A DNA stretch of 64,000 bases from the NCBI RefSeq assembly GCF_006345805.1, contig NC_043003.1:83142001-83206000 (forward strand), given 5' to 3'. The stretch's first letter is position 1. Each line of letters starts with the position of its first letter. Shown here one piece after another: positions 10,126 through 24,473 of the stretch. The notes under the pieces were generated by a model, which was given only the letters and a program-made list of their open reading frames with translations, was not told the DNA's origin and ran no database searches. The DNA is from Octopus sinensis. Its lineage: Eukaryota. The position numbers and the translations under genes were made by a program.

Positions 10126-12097
10126 TTATGAACCCGAATATGTGTATTTATACACATAGATAGATAAATAGAGAACATGATTCAGTTATATATTTTCCGT
10201 ATACAGCAAATATAGAATAATTTTAGGAAGTAGTGTATAGAGTAAATTTAGTTGTCAGCTAAGGAATAAGTCTCTTTTGGTCACCTTACCCACAGCACGG
10301 CTGTCAAATCTCTCTCACATCACATTCTACTGACTTTATAGAGGGAACCGTTGGATTTTGTTGTTCTGGATATCCTGCATATAAGGAAATCATGGCTATA
10401 ATATATTTGATCACTGGTCTGCTCTGTAAGAGTGGATGTAAAGAAAAATAAAACAACAAATCAAAGAGGTCTCGTCATTGTTTCGAGTTTCAATAAAGGT
10501 CATTTCCCTATACACTGGTGACATATTTGGAAAAGCATTAAGTTTTCAAATACTCGCTCTCAACTCCACTATTCAGTTCATATGAATTTTGGGGTAGGGT
10601 AACAATTAATGCCAGCAAGTATAATTGTGTGATTAAGAATTTCACGTGGCTGAAAGGTTCGATCCTACATTGCAAAATTTAGGGCAAATATCTTCTGTCA
10701 TAGGTTTGTGAGTTTTAAAAATTGTGCAGTCCGTTTTTGTTTTTTTTGTTTTTTTTTAGAAAGTGAACTTAATCTATTACCCAATTTAAAATAACTACCT
10801 GGCATCTGGAGACGTTAACAGTTTTTTGCAAGCATTCTTACCTTCTTCCAACTATTTTCAGAAATCCTGGAGATAGTCATTAATAACATTTAACTGAACC
10901 ATTATTGATACAAACATGTTTACGTTTTGTCTATGAGCAACGAATTTAACTGAGTCACCGTGTCTTTAAATGCTTCACAGACCTGTGTTTCACCGATGGC
11001 AATAACTGAAACACTGTAGATGAATACTAATTTGGTGGGGGGTGGGGGGCAGTAACGAATTCAATTTCTCTCGTAAGAAATGTTACCTGTGGTAGACTGG
11101 TGTCTTATACAGGTAAGATTTAAATGTCATCCTCTAAACACTACACCAGTTTTCATGTAACCAAAGACGCTGATATTCACTAATGCAATGCAAAATATGT
11201 GACAAAATACCAAATGTACTCTAAGAGAGCAACAAAAATAAAAGAGAGAAAAAAAACAATTTCAACTGTTACTCAGATGATTGCTACTCCAAGGGAATAT
11301 CATAATCTACACAAAAATTAATATAAGAAACGATATGAAAGCATTCGGTATTTCCTTTATTTTCATATTTCTCCCACACATGTTTCCAGGCAAATTGTCT
11401 TTAACAGCTTTATGTCTTATATTGCCTGCGCTGTTCATATACACTTAAATGTATGTATGTGTATCTGTCTGTCTGTTTGTCAGTCTGTCTGTATGTATGT
11501 AGATATTAGATAGATTGATACACCTATATATATATATTATATATATATATATATATACATATATATGCATATATCTAGCTAGTTAGATAGATAGATAGAT
11601 AGATAGATTTATGATATTTGCATTATCACATATAATATATTATATGTATATAAGCATATAATATGTATGTGTGTTAGTGTGTGTGTATGTGTGCGAATAT
11701 AATAGCATGTGCAAATGCATTAGATTTCTTGGCATTATTGTCCACTTTCTCATAGACACACACACACACCCACCCTATATATATGTGTGCATGCGTATGT
11801 ACGCTCTTCCCACACAATTGATATGTATATATATATATATATATATTTCTTTGTGTGCGTGTCGCTCTCTCATACCTACTCACGCATTCCACACACTTAC
11901 AGATACAAACAGACACACACACACACGCACGCAAAATACGGATGTATTTCTATATATTTTTCCATTTACATCTTGGACTTTGTCCGTGTGCTGCATTATA
12001 AACAACTTAAATTGATCATTGTTAGAATATTTGACTTTGATATACAGATGTAAAACAAAGTTCAATGCAGCTTTATATATATATATATTATATATTA

Positions 12098-12141
<44 letters not shown>

Positions 12142-13539
12142 TATATATTATATATATGACTCATTGTCAACGGGTACTTATTCAACACATTGTTGAAACG
12201 GACCTTTTTTCTGCTTCTCATTCTCTTCATTATTTTTCTTCCTTTTTTTCTTGTATATTTGTATCATTCTGCTTTTTTCTGTTTCTTTCCAGTGTCTTGT
12301 GTTCTCTTTTTCTCACTCTCTTTCTTTCGATTACTTATTCTGTGACCCTCTTTGTTTCTTTTCCCCCTCTTTCCTTTGCTCTTCTCTTTTCCTCTTCCTT
12401 TACCCCTCCCTCTCTCTCTCTCTCTCTTTCTATTACTTTCCCTTCATGTTCTTCTGTCCTTCGTTTATTTTCTCTTTCTTTACAGCTTTCTCTCACTCCA
12501 TCTTTCTCTCTCCCGTCTTCCTACTCCGCCTTTCCCCTTATTTTCTTATGTCTCTCTTCTACTTTCGCTTTCACTCTCTCGCCATCTCTCTCTCTCTCTC
12601 TCTCGTTTCCATATCTAACTTTATGCCTTCAAACACTCTCCTATTCCTTTTACATTTACTGTGATCTGCTATAACATGAAATGCTTCTTTGATTCTCTTG
12701 TAACTTTTACTCCGTTCGCTACTGAATGTTAACACCAGACCTACCAGCTTCTACAAAGAATACGCCAGCCTCTTTATTAGCTGACCAGCTTAATTTAAAC
12801 TGTTTGTTCTCTGAGTAATATACTCGGTAAGTTTTAATATCTTTCCATGTTGATGGTTACGCTGGAATAAATATCTATTTCATGACTAACATGTCTCCAG
12901 CAAAGATAATTCATAATCACATTTAACCAGATATAAAACAGTTCTTTAAATGATGTTTTCAATAAATTTCATTCTTCATTTTCTTCACTTAATATTTTCT
13001 TTTTACGAAAATGAATCTATAAAGTTGTTTTACTACAACAGCAACAACAAAAATGATGTCTGTGTCACAATGGTTTTTCTTTATGTTTATTTTCGTTCCG
13101 AGTTGTTGTTGTTGTTGTTGTTTTCTTCTTTTTTTGTTCAAACAGAGAGAGTATCTCTAACGTTATTTTCTCATTCACTGAGTTTGACAGCAATTCTGAA
13201 GAAACAGTATGAAACAGTGTTTTGTCTGACAACCTATATTTCTTCTCGGTAACGACGTTTAGCGGACAAAGAAATGTCTCCAGCTTTATTTTCATATCCA
13301 CGTAAATATTCTAGAAACAACATTCTATTTTTGAAAATCTAGTTCTCTAGACGACTACGACTCATAATAAATTTAACGTATTGGTAGATTTATATCTCTG
13401 TTAAATGTATTTCACCGATGAACTGGAAGATTAAAACATTGTGTTTTCTTAGAAGGGGAGAACAATCATACTTTTCTATTGCAATTGCTATGGTGAAAAT
13501 TTTCCCATATCATTATTTATCATATAAGTTTTTATTGTA

Positions 13540-13705
13540 GTTTTCGTCGATTTTGTTGCTGTTGTTGTCGTTGTTGTTGTTGGTGGTGGTGGTGGTGGTG
13601 GTGGTGGTGGTTTTGGTGGTGGTGGTGGTCGTCGTCGTCGTCGTCTCCGCCGCCGTTGTCTTCGTTGTCGTCACCGTCGTCGTTGTCATCGTGGTTGTTG
13701 TTGAA
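13540..13705. repeat. Compound trinucleotide repeat (TTG)n(GGT)n(GTC)n
   Basis: Direct inspection. Confidence 0.95.
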
Positions 13706-14957
13706 CTCCAAGTTGACCAAAGGCATTAAAGTGGTGACTATCCGGTCCTTTCCCAAACATTGCGAACTTCGGACACTCAGTGAGTTGTGTGTTTGACGTT
13801 TGGTAATTACGATGAGAACTCTACCCAGGTTTCAGAATTATTACACTTTCACGTCCAAAACTACTCGATCTTAGAATATCGTTGAGATGTAGGTCCACTC
13901 TGCTAAAAATTTTAGCCAACCACAAATCTGTCGTTTGTTTTGTCTCAAATCAGTAAGGTTCAGACGTGAGAGGAAAATATTTTGCTTTATTACTAGCTAG
14001 AAGGAATATTACACAGTGTTTTCCTCATTAGCTCGTTCATATTAGTGATATTAGGGGCTCCAACAATATCGCTTTTATCATATACCTCTGTAACAAAATA
14101 CAATATGGTTACTTGTCACCTGCTGTCGATGGCATTTAGGTAAATACCAGAGATATGAGAAACAAGAACTTAGTGAAATGAAAATGACAATAGCAGAATA
14201 CCATTCACTAACTGATAAGCTAGCATCCTATCTTCATAATGTTATAGTCAAAGTAATTTAAAAGATATTTATTTTATCTACTGCCGTGTGTAGATATGAA
14301 AAATAATTTATTAATTTTCCTCTGTATTGGACAAAACAGAGGAGCTATCATTAATGCATTCCAACATATTGATTTCTTAAACTAGTAGCATCAACAATAA
14401 AATAACAACAGTAATGTTTACTACTTTGACACCAGGCCACAGGGGAGGGGTCTTTAAATATCTAGTATTTATTTTCTCCACTCTAAGAGGATAAACAGTG
14501 TGGTGGTTACTGACAGCAGTTAAATTCAAAACGAACGTGAAAAAAAATCGAAAGTGAAAAGCATAGCATATTTATTCACGCCTTCATTGCTCATTGTGTG
14601 TACGTGTGTGTGTATGCGTGCACGTGTGTTTGTGTGTGCGTGTGAATTCCATAGCGGGGGTTGAGAAATTCAAAGACGATATCTACCGCCTACAGCCACT
14701 TAGAACAAAGAACTCAAAGATACGTCTGAGAGCAAAGAAACGTTTAATCCATAATTGTGAAACGACACATTTTTTCTCGACTTAGGCTTTTCGAAAACTA
14801 AAGAATAATAGAGGAACTAATTTATAAGTTACTTATGACAAGAAGGGGAAATTTTACACACACACACACACACAAACATACGCATATACAAACACACACA
14901 CATGCACACACATACACACTCAATACACACACGTATATGCACACATACACACACATG

Positions 14958-14990
<33 letters not shown>

Positions 14991-15013
14991 GTATATATGT
15001 ATGTATGTATGTG

Positions 15014-15047
<34 letters not shown>

Positions 15048-15099
15048 ATATATATACATGTATGTATATATGTATGTACGTATGTATGTGTATATATCG

Positions 15100-15452
15100 T
15101 CAGCAACCTAAGTTGGTCTGTGCACATCAGCAAAAATGTCGATGTTGCCCGCAGAATGTGCTCATGGATCCTCAGAACTTTCCAATCTAGGGATCATGAA
15201 ACCATCATACTTTTCTCTACATTCGCTAGGCCCCCTTGAATTGCGTCCCCTACAAAGGTCGAAATCACATCGCATATGAACATTGCGACACAATTCTTCA
15301 TTGCAAATGGTCCTGCACTTTTCAATGTTATCCCAAAAGAAATTAAAATAGAAAAAGACCCCACAACTTTCAAACAGTAGCTGGACAAATTCCCCCAGGA
15401 ATACACCATTTACACCTGGATACGTCTCAACCAACAACAACTCTCTGCTTGA
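15100..15452 (+). mobile_element. CR1/L2-group LINE ORF2 C-terminal remnant
   Basis: SNLSWSVHISKNVDVARRMCSWILRTFQSRD..FSTFARP, then an internal deletion, then NGPALFNVIPKEIK..FKQ*LDKF..GYVSTNNNSLLE. Confidence 0.8.
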
Positions 15453-15501
15453 GTGCTCCATGGTGTGTCGAAACCAATCTAAGTTATCTAAGATATCTCT
15501 C

Positions 15502-15609
<108 letters not shown>

Positions 15610-15769
15610 TAGGCATGCACAAATATAAAACATATATTATAATACATATATACGTACACACAAGTGCACGGTCACGCCTTTTATGGGTATATGAGATTTT
15701 CACTAGTTTCCTCTAGTTTGTGAGGGTTTAGGACCCACACCTAGAGCACAAAAGCGCAACAGAAAAAAT

Positions 15770-16415
15770 GGAATATTACTTGGTTGACACCTCCAGACAA
15801 TATTATCTTGACTCTAATAGAAAATACCTACCCCCGAGACACAAATGCTATGAAATCTTCAAAAATATATTTCAAATATCATATTCGTATTCGCGTAATT
15901 TGCTTCAAACATTGCAAGAAGCTAGTGAAAAAACATTTTTTCATCAACAACAGCAAGTTTCACTAATACTAACTATTACGACTCAGCAATAACTCTTAAG
16001 GAAAGGGCATAGGTTACATATCTTCCTTTAACAATAACTCTTCATCTTGAGTTTATATTGGTATGACATCAAACCACTTTAAACACCGCTGAGAACACGA
16101 CTTTAAACACTGTTCAACAATAACTTTTAAAGAAAATGGCATGGGTTACATATCTTCCTTTAGCAATAACTCTTCATCCTGAACCTATATCGGTATGACA
16201 TCAAACCACTTTAAACACCACTGAGAACACAACAGTAGCTATCTACATATCCGATTTAAAAATGAACTCGATTTCTTATGTCATTCAGTGGAATACTGCA
16301 CTATAGGAAACTGAAAACTGCAAAATGTGCTCATAAGAAAGACTGGAAATCTTAGTCACCAAAGGAACACTTTTGAACCGATTCACTGAACGGACTCGAT
16401 TTTGCGTTCATAGAA
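15770..16415 (+). mobile_element. PLE linker and GIY-YIG endonuclease remnant (Naiad/Chlamys-like) with internal tandem duplication
   Basis: KYLPPRHKCYEIFKNIFQISYSYSRN (compare HFPPHHKLHKIFN..ISYSC), YIGMTSNHFKHR*EH twice, YISDLK..IQW, CKMCS*ERLEI..LLNR.TE. The ~132-bp duplication spans about 15984-16100 and 16115-16232. Confidence 0.75.
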
Positions 16416-16599
16416 CTCATGAAACTCACAGATATTTCGACCTCTGAAGCTATACCTACCTGTAACTCCCAGCTGATATACACGCATACGTATTCACACA
16501 AATATCAAGTATCTTCTTACTAAGAAACATATCTTAAGATAATTCTGCTTCTTTCTCGTTACTTGGCCCGTCTGTAACACTTCCACGTGTACATATATA

Positions 16600-18168
<1,569 letters not shown>

Positions 18169-18706
18169 TTTAAATTATGAACCTACGTCGGTATATTACT
18201 AGTTTACAACAACCACAGTCCGCCACCCCACCACACTAATACAAGTTTTATTCAATATACTTTTCCAGTACCTTCCCCAATCACCACCATTTGCAACAAT
18301 TTAGACTAGAATACCAATGTGAGCGTGCATATGAGTTTGTATCTAGGTATACCTGTATACGCATTACTGTGTGTATGAGTTTGAGTGTACATGTAGATAT
18401 ATGTGTATAAGCATATATATGTGTATGTGTATGCATAGGTGTGTATACGTCAGTATGCATGCTTTAAATGAATGAGTTTATAAACGCGTATGTACATATT
18501 TTGGTCTGAAATATGTATTTGTGTGTATGTATGATATATATATATATTTGCGTGTATATGAATATCTATGTATGTTTGTATATATATACAGAGAGAGGGA
18601 CAGAGAGAGACATCTATACATACATATATATGCATTTGTTATTTAAGTGAACGCGACACATCCATTTCCAAGCAAGTATCTCTCTCTCTCCTCTTTATCT
18701 CTCTCT

Positions 18707-18755
<49 letters not shown>

Positions 18756-18802
18756 ATATATATTTGTATATATATATATATATATATTTGGATATATATA
18801 TA

Positions 18803-18846
<44 letters not shown>

Positions 18847-19548
18847 TATATCTATATATATATATATATGTATGTATATATATAATGTTATATATATATA
18901 TATTATATCTATAATAGAGAGAGAGAGAGACGAGAGAGAGAGAGAGATATTCATGGACACATACACATATGTGTATATATAAAGGACACATATACACATA
19001 GGATATATGTGTAAGAGATGTGCCAAAATCCAAAAGTAGGAAGTGTTGTAAAATATAGATTGACACGTGAGAAAATGAAATTAACCACAAAGGAAACAAA
19101 GCAAAACAGAAGTTAGAAAAAAAGTACAATTCGTACGCTTGATATGTATGTATGTATATATGTATGTATGTAGGTTGTATGTATGCATGTATGTATGTGT
19201 CTGTATGTATGTATGTATGATTACATAATCTTTTAGATGGTAGCTGTCTCACGGTCAGTCTGATTTTTCTGAATTAGTTTCATCGCTGCATGTGCACTAG
19301 AACTTTATAGAATGTAAAACGGATCAAGAAAGGAAATGATAGCGAGAGACCTGTACGTTATTTAATTTAAGTGACAAAAGAGGGTACAGCAATTTTGCCA
19401 CTCTCTCGCTCGCCATCGTACGTTTCAGAAGTAAACATATTAATGTTAATAGCACTCCATGACAAGAAAGGAACGGGTCAGGGCACTACAACATGAAATG
19501 AGTAAATATTCAGTGGGCCATGGCACTGATCATAGGAAGGTATTCTTT

Positions 19549-19740
19549 TATTTTATTTGCTTCAGTCATTTGACTGTGGTCATTCCGGAGCACCGCCTTT
19601 TAGTCAAAGAAATCTACCGCAGAACTTATTCTTTGTAAGCATGCTACTTATTTTGTCGGTATCTTTTGGCGAACTGCTAAGTTACGGGAACCATATCGGT
19701 TGTAAAGTGATAGTGGGGGTGACGAACACAGACACAAAGA
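19549..19740 (-). mobile_element. SINE family 1, 3' half
   Basis: ttcagtcatttgactgtggtcattccggagcaccgcc..acttattctttgtaagc..ctaagttacggg. Confidence 0.8.
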
Positions 19741-19770
19741 CACGCGTAATATATATATATATATATATAT

Positions 19771-20578
19771 ATATGTCGAAAATAGTAGAGTGAAAAAACG
19801 ACAGAAGGCTTGAATGTTAAAATATATATTTATTTGCGTCAATATGTCTGAAGAATATTAGAAAATTTTTTTTTTAATTTTTCATCCTCCTTATAATGAC
19901 ATAAATTAAAAGAAATACCGGTTTCGCGTGTAGGTTTTCAAATTTCTTGTGATGTTTTGTTTATATTGCATGGAGTTATCGTTGTGTTTATTTTCAGGAG
20001 ATTTCTAAATAAGGGGAGGTAGTGAGTGATTGCATTCCCAGAATATAGAATGATACCTTTTAGTGAGCACATTGAGAAATGCGCAAAGCAACTACTGCCA
20101 CAATTTTAAATCTTCCCTTTTTACCAATGTGCTTTCGGATCATCACACAAATGAGACTGAACAAGGAACATTCTTCATTGAAAAGTACAAACCCATACTC
20201 AACCATCCGAACATACTGACACAGAGAAATTCACAAGGAAAGGAAAAAATTTTAAACGATTATCTCCCTTACACCGGAAGAAATCATCATCACTACCTCC
20301 CCTTATTAGAAATCTCCTGAAAATAAACACAACGATAACTCCATGCAATATAAACATAACGTCACAGGAAATTTGAAAAGCTACACGCGAAACCGGTATT
20401 TCTTTTAATTTATGTCATTATAAGGAGGAAAAAATTTTTTTTTTTAATTTTCTAATATTCTTCCAGACATATTGACGCAAATATTATATTTTTTAACATT
20501 CAAGCCTTCTGTCGTTTTTTTTCACTCTTCTATTTTCGATATATTCACCCACGTGCTTTCACAAACCACTTCTTCTTT
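19771..20578 (+). mobile_element. Fold-back PLE: inverted pLTR, GIY-YIG C-terminus, pLTR
   Basis: 19771-20031 is the reverse complement of 20282-20543 (about 260 bp, roughly 90% identical by eye). The spacer encodes FPEYRMIPFSEHIEKCAK..IFPFYQC..FFIEKYKPILN. Both ends meet (TA)n. Confidence 0.85.
20366..20404 (+). ncRNA. Hammerhead-like motif with U3-A8 core covariation
   Basis: AGGAAA-U-UUGAAAA-GC(UACAC)GC-GAAA-CCGG-U-A-UUUCUU. Palindromic ACCGGU stem III. Mirrored on the minus strand in the left arm (about 19909-19947). Confidence 0.4.
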
Positions 20579-20675
20579 ATATATATATATAATATATATT
20601 ATATATATATATATATATAATATATATACAATATGTATATATATATATATATATATATACATATGTATATATATA

Positions 20676-20725
<50 letters not shown>

Positions 20726-20729
20726 TATG

Positions 20730-20761
<32 letters not shown>

Positions 20762-20785
20762 ATATTATATATGTATATATCTATA

Positions 20786-20818
<33 letters not shown>

Positions 20819-20862
20819 CAGGATTTATTCAATATACTTTTCCAGTATATATATATATATAT

Positions 20863-21000
20863 ACAACAGGTTTCTTTTGTTTCCGTCTACCAAACCCATT
20901 CGCAAGGCTTTGGTCGACCCAAGGCTATAGTAGAAGACACTTGCCCAAGGTGCCACGCAGTGATTGGGAAGCAAGCTTCTTACCATACAGCCACGCCTGC
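20863..21000 (-). mobile_element. SINE family 1 head with B-box region deleted
   Basis: Reverse complement: gcgtggctgtatggtaagaagcttgcttcccaatcactgcgtggcaccttgggcaagtgtcttctactatagcc..ttggtagacggaaac. Confidence 0.8.
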
Positions 21001-21462
21001 GCATGTATGGTAACTGCTCTGTATAGATTTAGGATTTATTCGACCACCGCATAAAAACATTCATATTTTGCGTGCCTACAATGTCTTAGAGTCACTTTCA
21101 AAGATCGGCACATTATGCTGTGTATCTAACCAACATACATTTCACTATGGGGCATTTATAAATCACCTTGAATCTCAACAGGCGCCGGAAGTCTAAATAA
21201 TTAATTATTGAGCTGTGCTCTACTCAATCGCTTGAAACCTATTTCTTTGTTGCACTACTAGAAGGCTATAGCTAATTTGTCATTCACGCGACTTCATTCC
21301 AACATAAAACTTTGTTATATACACTCACGCACACACACACAGAACACCACACCATACATTCACACACATATAAATGTATCTATGTGCGTGTGTGTCCGTG
21401 TTTTTATGGATGTATATGTGTGTGTACATACGCAAGCCTGTATATATATATATATATATATA

Positions 21463-21502
<40 letters not shown>

Positions 21503-21519
21503 ATATATAGATGTATATG

Positions 21520-21572
<53 letters not shown>

Positions 21573-22561
21573 GTGTATTACGGATATATGTGCGTTTGTA
21601 TGTACGTTTATATGTATGTTTCATCTTCGCTAACATCTAAAAATAGACAGAATCTATTAAATTTCCTTTTTGAACTTCTAATATATGTGCAAAACGCACG
21701 AGGAATCTCCAACGTTTAATCAGATTAAAAGTTAATCCCCACCACCAATTACAATTAAACAAATGTAAAACATTTAGCAAATAAAACATGATCCTGAAGT
21801 TTGATCTCAAGCGTTACTAATTTAAATAGCTAAATATCTTTTACTCAGTGCCATGTCACGTGGGTTTAAATAGTATAATAGTCAGTGCATGAGGGCATTC
21901 GCAAGCAGATTTCTAAGTACATATTTCCCAATTCTTTGTGTGTGTGTGTGTGTGACATTTAGATACAAAATAATATACGATATTTACGAAAGGTTGTTCC
22001 ACGAGATAATTTATACTATAAAAATAAGAAGAAAATACTTAGAGAACATTATCGTGGAAAACATATAGATGATATTTACATTTTTAACTAACCGCCTGCA
22101 GGCAAACACAAAATGCATTACGTCAACGAATGACACTACGTAGATCGTCAATTAAAATACGGGAATTCATATAAATAGGATTTAGTGGACAGGTGGATAT
22201 ATGTGCAAGTAAGAAACAACCACACTTTTTGATTTTTCTTACCTATATATTTGGTAATACAACTCAGCGTCAACGGATTAATGCAGAAATAGCCTTCATT
22301 TTCAAATAGCGACTACGGCGGAGATAAGGAGACAACCACCACCGACAACAATACTGCAAACCTAACTGAGTCCACCATCACGATTACTGATAGATTATAG
22401 ATAAATAATAGCTATTAACCAACACTACTGCTACTAGTACTTTGACGAAAGACTTCATTAAGCTTCTGGGAAACCTAGCTGTTGCTACTACGGCGGTCTT
22501 CTCCACCACAAGCAGACCTACCAGCTACCACTATTATCATATATATATATATATATATATA

Positions 22562-23240
22562 TAAATGCAAAATGGGACAAGAACGCAAAACATTCAAATA
22601 GACGATGCAAAAAATACGGACGGGTCATTCGAAGCCTCTAATCTTCAGTCAAGAACCAGATCAGCCTCGCAATTTCGGCTGATTAATCTTGAGATTGCTC
22701 TGATCTGACCAGCCCCAAGGAAAAACTAAGCTACGAGTATTAAATTTCTTGGAAAAAGGATCGAATGTATACGAAACAAGGACATAAAAACGGACGATGT
22801 TACACGAATATAAATACAAAAACCAAAAAACAATGATAATAATAATAACAGGACATAACAACAGGCGTCTTTCGACTTTGACGAATTGAACTCAGCTGGC
22901 GTATTTGAAAAATAATGCCTTACAGCAGACGAAGAAAGCGATGATTATCGTGGCGCTGGTCCGAAGCGAAAAGGTTATAGCTGGTCAGCGGTCACGTGAG
23001 AAGAGAAGAGAGAGAAAAAAGAGGAACAAGAAATGAAGGAGTGGGAGAAGAAAGAGAGCGTGCCATCGCTGTCAAATAGGAACAGTCAGAAGGAAAAGAA
23101 ATAACGCACCATGTGATCTCTATAAGGAAACGTGAAGTTCCACGACTGATATTATGAAAGTTTAAATTATTTCGATATTTTTCCATTTTATTCCAGCAAG
23201 AAGAGATCATCTTCAAACGACCGAAACCGGTAGTTGGTTA
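22562..23240. mobile_element. Probable non-autonomous PLE-derived element
   Basis: Starts directly at (TA)n. CpG-containing pLTR-like sequence with tcttcag/tttcg motifs and a degenerate HHR-like gaaga-gatc..gacc-gaaa-ccggta at 23197-23232. No coding similarity was seen. Confidence 0.45.
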
Positions 23241-23400
23241 AGTAAACTGAAAGAAGCTCCTCGTACATATATATGTATGTATATATGTTTATGCGTGTCT
23301 GTCATCGTATCTGAGTTTGTCCCCTCACCATTGCTTGACAAGCAACGTTGGTGTGTTTATGTCCACAAGTCCTGGGGTTGATTTGTTCGACTAAATCCCT
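23240..23400 (+). mobile_element. SINE family 1 central/3' fragment
   Basis: aaactgaaagaagctcctcgta(ta)n..ccattgcttgacaagc..ggtgtgtttatgtcc..gtcctggggttgatttgttcgactaaa. Confidence 0.7.
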
Positions 23401-24473
23401 TTAATGAATATTTATATATATACATATATATATAAATATGAATAATATATATATATGCATATATATATATATATATATACATACATATATATATATATAT
23501 ATATCCCTCTATTTCCCTCTTTTACTTGTTTCGACTGTCGCCATGCTGGAGCACAACCTTTATATATATATATATATATACATGCATATATGGATACAGG
23601 ACGTCACCAACAGTAAACAACACACGAAATACGAAAACAAGTGAGTTCAATAGGTAAAAAACGAAAGAAACAAATGGAAAACAGGACAAGTAACAGAAAG
23701 AACGACCCTTCGTTAGTCCCCTGTACTAAATAGGAAGTATATGTTGTAGGTAATCATATCTCCACATCTCCAGTTTATATTTATATACAGGTGGAATATT
23801 TAGTGGGCTGTAATGTAGATGAAGGTATGTGTGTGTGCATGAGTATATGTATATGTATATGAACATGTATGTAAGCAAATGGATATGAAAGTAAACAGAT
23901 GCAGACAGATAGTTATATAGGTAATATGAACGGACAAGCAGACATACACACACATATGCAAGAGACGACTGAAACACATGACCATATACACACGCACTTC
24001 CCTTCACACAAGGAAACATAAGGAAACACACATCCACACATATGCAGATACACATCTATACGTGCAGACATAGCACATACTTACAAAAATCCATACACAC
24101 ACACATACACACAGACACACTTAGACATGCACATACAAGGAGACAGAGGTACATATATACACATGCAAAGACACACACACATAGAAACACACAAACGCAT
24201 GAATAGCTAGAATACATACATACAAACGTACACACATACATATATATATATACATACGCACACACATATACATACATGTATAAACACACTTACATGCATA
24301 CATACATACACACAAACATGTATATGCGCACACCCGCTGACCCACACACATGCGCACAAACAAAGAGAACGCAACTTGGATAACGGACAGACGCAACAAC
24401 AATTGAAAAGGTGGCCAGAGGCAACGAAAATGTTAGAGAATTAAATAAGTAAAGGAGTGGAATTTTTACTGTA

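Noticed and set aside
11078-11112. 35-nt AG/GT-bounded segment with a strong CAG|gtaaga donor
   Set aside because: Isolated, with no compatible neighbouring exons. It illustrates the background rate of chance exons.
16040-16230. In-frame TGA codons in the Naiad-like endonuclease as possible selenocysteine
   Set aside because: They fall just before YIG and in the FKHR.H motif, not at Cys positions. The copy has other lesions and no SECIS was recognised.
22621-22700. Minus-strand CUGAAGA..CGAAU and CUCAAGA..CGAAA motifs
   Set aside because: No consistent stem I, II and III pairing could be drawn.
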